Positions 60,686 through 64,000 of a DNA stretch of 64,000 nucleotides are shown here, piece after piece. The DNA lies in NCBI GenBank assembly GCA_041743505.1, contig JBGTMQ010000015.1, positions 13,531 to 77,530 of the forward strand, in the 5' to 3' direction. Source of the stretch: Candidatus Saccharimonadia bacterium (GTDB lineage: Bacteria; Patescibacteriota; Saccharimonadia; UBA4664). The translations under genes and the position numbers were made by a program. Within the stretch, counting starts at the first letter, position 1; the number at the start of each line of letters is the position of its first letter. The notes under the pieces are model-generated. The model was not told the DNA's origin. It saw only the letters and a list, made by a program, of their open reading frames with translations, and did no database searches.

Positions 60686-61819
60686 ATGTCACAGACCAAA
60701 CTCTTTACCTCAGAATCAGTCGCCGCCGGCCACCCCGATAAAATTTGCGACCAAATCAGCGATGCCATCCTGGACGCCATGCTGGCCCAGGACCCCTACT
60801 CCCACGGCGCCGTGGAAGCGGTAGTTGGCGGAGATCATGTCTTCCTCGTGGGCGAGGTCAACACCAAGGCCAAGGTCGATTTTGCGGAGGTCGCCCGCCA
60901 GGTTATTCGAGGCCTAGGCTACACCGAGCCAAAATGGGGCTTCTCAGACCAGTCAACCATCAAGAGCATCTTGCACCAGCAGTCACCCGAAATCGCCATG
61001 GGTGTCGACGCCGAAGGCGCCGGCGACCAGGGCATGATGTTTGGCTACGCCTGCCGCGAAACCCCCGAGCTAATGCCCCTGCCCATCACGCTGGCCCATC
61101 AGCTCACCCGGAAGCTCGACCAGGTCCGCGAAAACGGCGAATCGTCCTGGCTCCGGCCCGACGGCAAGTCCCAGGTAACCGTGCGCTACGAAAACGATCA
61201 GCCGGTGGCCGTAGAAACCGTCGTTATGGCCGTCGCCCACAGCGAGGATATGTCGGCCGAACAGGTCCGTGACCTCGTCATCGCCAAAGTTATCCGCCCC
61301 GTCCTGGAGCGCTACGGCTACGAGGTCAAAGACGGCCAGATCATCATCAACGGCACCGGCCTGTGGCACATCCCTGGTCCGGAGTCAGACGCCGGCCTGA
61401 CCGGCCGCAAGATCGTTGTGGACGGCTACGGCGGCTATGCCCGGGTCGGCGGCGGCGCCTTCAGTGGCAAGGAGCCCAGCAAAGTTGACCGCTCCGGCGC
61501 CTACGCCGCCCGCTACATCGCCAAAAACATCGTCGCCGCCGGCCTGGCCGACCGCTGCGAAATGGGCCTAGCCTACGTCATCGGCCGCCCGCGCCCCGTC
61601 ATGGAGCAAATCGAAACCTTTGGCACCGCCAAGGCCAGCCAAGACGAGCTCAACAAATTCACCGCCAACCTCATCGACACCTCGGTCACCGGCATCATTA
61701 AAGCCCTCGACCTGCGCCGGCCCATCTACCAAGCCACCGCTGCCTACGGCCACTTCGGCCGCGATGAATTCCCCTGGGAGCAAGTCGTAGAGGCCAAAGT
61801 CCCCGCCGCCAAAAAATGA
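60686..61819 (+). CDS. metK: S-adenosylmethionine synthetase
   Basis: FTSESV..GHPDKICDQ, GAGDQG, GGGAFSGK, YGHFG. Confidence 0.98.
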   Translation: MSQTKLFTSESVAAGHPDKICDQISDAILDAMLAQDPYSHGAVEAVVGGDHVFLVGEVNTKAKVDFAEVARQVIRGLGYTEPKWGFSDQSTIKSILHQQSPEIAMGVDAEGAGDQGMMFGYACRETPELMPLPITLAHQLTRKLDQVRENGESSWLRPDGKSQVTVRYENDQPVAVETVVMAVAHSEDMSAEQVRDLVIAKVIRPVLERYGYEVKDGQIIINGTGLWHIPGPESDAGLTGRKIVVDGYGGYARVGGGAFSGKEPSKVDRSGAYAARYIAKNIVAAGLADRCEMGLAYVIGRPRPVMEQIETFGTAKASQDELNKFTANLIDTSVTGIIKALDLRRPIYQATAAYGHFGRDEFPWEQVVEAKVPAAKK

Positions 61820-61938
61820 CCGCCACAAATAACACCAAAAAGAAAAGGGCCCCGTTATCATCGACAGGGCCCCAGCGTGGTCCGAAAAGAACGGGATCCT
61901 CGCTATAGATATCCAAGGCGTCCGGTTAGAGCCAAGCC

Positions 61939-62193
61939 TTACCCGTGTGCTGCCGCCTTAATCCACGCACGCCGGCTTTTAAATGCCTGCTTTAACGCAC
62001 CAAAAAAACTCGACGCAGTGCCTTCGCAGGCGTGCTGGTGCTCCTCGTGCCAGGCCCATATCCATCGGCCAGCCTCAAGCTCCTTATTCCCGGGAGTAAA
62101 CCGAAAAGTAACGGGCACATTCCCGAGGCCCATGCGACGTCCCAGCCAGGTCGGCAAGGGGATTGTCAGGTCGTCGGCCGGTTGCTCAGCCAT
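61939..62193 (-). CDS. Orphan hypothetical protein
   Basis: Promoter TTGACT-16-TATAAT, AAGGA SD. Confidence 0.6.
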   Translation of the reverse strand: MAEQPADDLTIPLPTWLGRRMGLGNVPVTFRFTPGNKELEAGRWIWAWHEEHQHACEGTASSFFGALKQAFKSRRAWIKAAAHG

Positions 62194-62355
62194 GACAGCA
62201 TCACATCCTTTTGTATTGTTCAGGTCGCAGGCCGGTCCCGCAAACCGCGGACATAATTATAAGCATCAGACAGTAAAAGTCAAATCCTAAACATAGAAAA
62301 GGCCCCACCGACACCGGCAAGGCCTTGAACGACCGAAAAGACATTGACACACTGC

Positions 62356-62754
62356 TTAAAACGAAATGTTCTCAGCAAAAACCGGAGTAAGGTGATGTCG
62401 GTTCCCGTCAATCATCACCAAATAGCGGTTCTGGGACGGACTCGTAGCCCGAAGAATTGCTCCCTCGCGCCAGCCGCAGCCGGTATCATACTTGATAACC
62501 TGACCATCGCGGCTCTGGTCATACGGTACAAGCTGGGTGGCGGCCAGCGTCCTCGTACCCTCATGGTAACCTTCAAGAGCCACCTGGTATTCACAGTAGT
62601 TGAGCGCGGTCCGTCGAACAATGGTGCCGGTCGCCCAGCCATTGCTGGCAGTTCGATACCAGACTCTTTGACCAGTCTGGAACCGTTGCTCAATGCAGGG
62701 AAACGGTGTACCAATTAGCGCAGACATCGTTATCCAATCAGTCGAAGGACCCAT
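62356..62754 (-). CDS. Hypothetical protein with two Tudor/SH3-like repeats
   Basis: GQRVWY...GW..G.I...Y.V pattern twice. Confidence 0.55.
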   Translation of the reverse strand: MGPSTDWITMSALIGTPFPCIEQRFQTGQRVWYRTASNGWATGTIVRRTALNYCEYQVALEGYHEGTRTLAATQLVPYDQSRDGQVIKYDTGCGWREGAILRATSPSQNRYLVMIDGNRHHLTPVFAENISF

Positions 62755-62867
62755 AAGGATGAAATGCTTAACCTTATAGATATAAATATTAATACCATGT
62801 CAACTTTGATAATTCAACAATAAAACACCCCACCGACCGCAAGGTCAGTGGGGTCAAGCCAAAAAGC

Positions 62868-63071
62868 CTACCAGTCGTCGAGAATATCGTGCAGACCCCA
62901 AAAGGCGAGGCCGATGACAATCGACACGACACCTAAGACGTAGAGGGCGATCTCGGCCGTCGAGTTAACCTGATGGTAGCCGCTATAGAGGCTCCACCCG
63001 CCTCCCGCAAGGAAAACCAATCCGGCGAGAAAGCGAAGAAAGAACTCAGAGCGTGTTACATGATGCTTCAT
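62868..63071 (-). CDS. Small two-TM protein
   Basis: GAGGAG SD; two TM; hairpin at about 62826-62854. Confidence 0.7.
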   Translation of the reverse strand: MKHHVTRSEFFLRFLAGLVFLAGGGWSLYSGYHQVNSTAEIALYVLGVVSIVIGLAFWGLHDILDDW

Positions 63072-63104
63072 GCATACTCCTCAGGGTCGGGAAATTCAGC
63101 GGCT

Positions 63105-63989
63105 TTATACCTTACTGAGCGTGGAGCGCTCAAGTGTCACCCGGATCCGTGAGACGTAATCAACCACTTGGCCGTACCGCCAGGCATGAATATAGCCTGG
63201 CCCCTTGGTGTCCGTGATGTCATCAAACAACACAAGCAAATCCTCGTTGCTAGCCGGCCAACCGAGGTGAATAACCCGCTTGCGCCAACCAATCGTGAAA
63301 ATCCCGTCCGGCGTGCTGACCTCAAACCAAGGGCCACGATAGCAGTCGGAACCGTAACGGTTCGTCACCGGCTTTAAGACGATGCGATGCGGTTCGTAGC
63401 CGGCCAGTTGGAATAGAACCCGGAATGTCCGCTCCTGCTCCGCGGCCAGCAAATTGCGATGGCATACCGGGTGGTAGAAGCGCCAGATATTCAAAAATGT
63501 CTCGTCGCTCTCCCGAAGCACGTAGTCGTCGGTGACTCTACACCCGCTCACAGCTAGTTCCGGCTGAATCCGGTACAGTGCATCAGTGCGCTGACTCAAG
63601 CTCGCCGTGAACTCGCCAAACGTCCGCCCGGCAAATTCAGTCAGCGGAAAGGATTGGGTCGAATAAGCCGAAACGCATTCGTATGCCTCGGCCTGGTCCC
63701 AGCTCCGCTCACACAGAGCGCACGGAATGTTCGGCTCCGGAAGACTCGCCACCGCCGCCAGCGACCGGACGATGCTAATATTTTCATTCGAATGAGCATT
63801 CGCATAAGTCCAAAACTCGGCAGCGGTAAGAACGTCCGGCATATCGGGGAAAAGCTCTCTCAAGCTCACCCCGCCTCCATCGCCCATGATGCCCAACGAG
63901 CCAAACTCATCGAGCCAGTAGCGGCTTAACACAAAGAAGTCGTGCAAGCGCTCACCATGCTGGGCAGCTTCCCGGCGCGCCTCAAGCAA
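63105..63989 (-). CDS. Hypothetical protein (PWF.V.T..G...IGWRKRVI..IHAW motif), possibly 5'-truncated by the window
   Basis: Long ORF reaching the window edge. Confidence 0.7.
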   Translation of the reverse strand: MLEARREAAQHGERLHDFFVLSRYWLDEFGSLGIMGDGGGVSLRELFPDMPDVLTAAEFWTYANAHSNENISIVRSLAAVASLPEPNIPCALCERSWDQAEAYECVSAYSTQSFPLTEFAGRTFGEFTASLSQRTDALYRIQPELAVSGCRVTDDYVLRESDETFLNIWRFYHPVCHRNLLAAEQERTFRVLFQLAGYEPHRIVLKPVTNRYGSDCYRGPWFEVSTPDGIFTIGWRKRVIHLGWPASNEDLLVLFDDITDTKGPGYIHAWRYGQVVDYVSRIRVTLERSTLSKV

Positions 63990-64000
63990 AGCCCGGAAGC

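Overview
A 64-kb chromosomal segment using the standard bacterial code (TGA is a stop). It most likely comes from a Patescibacteria/CPR organism, probably Saccharibacteria-like; this is inferred from gene families and a direct-repeat LexA box. It contains a surface-glycan/dTDP-rhamnose region (rmlA/B/D, no rmlC), glmS, a VanW protein, lexA, three ABC-2-type exporters, CNNM/VIT/ZIP metal transporters, several NUDIX/HD housekeeping enzymes, VKOR and DsbA, tRNA-Asn with a recombinase relic, and metK behind a SAM-I-like riboswitch. Many orphan genes carry their own promoter, SD and terminator, whereas core genes look mostly leaderless. The most striking system is a divergent F1-type ATPase operon (b-delta-alpha-gamma-beta-epsilon) with no subunit a. 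The subunit-c slot holds a 279-aa exported-domain protein ending in a c-like hairpin (SIGRNP loop) that lacks the ion-binding carboxylate, a candidate rotary motor that does not pump ions. Other highlights are an F/Y/W-rich leader-peptide attenuator upstream of a miniature PALP-like gene, an orphan PafA/Dop-like gene, and a candidate structured ncRNA. All family calls come from manual motif recognition; no searches were run.
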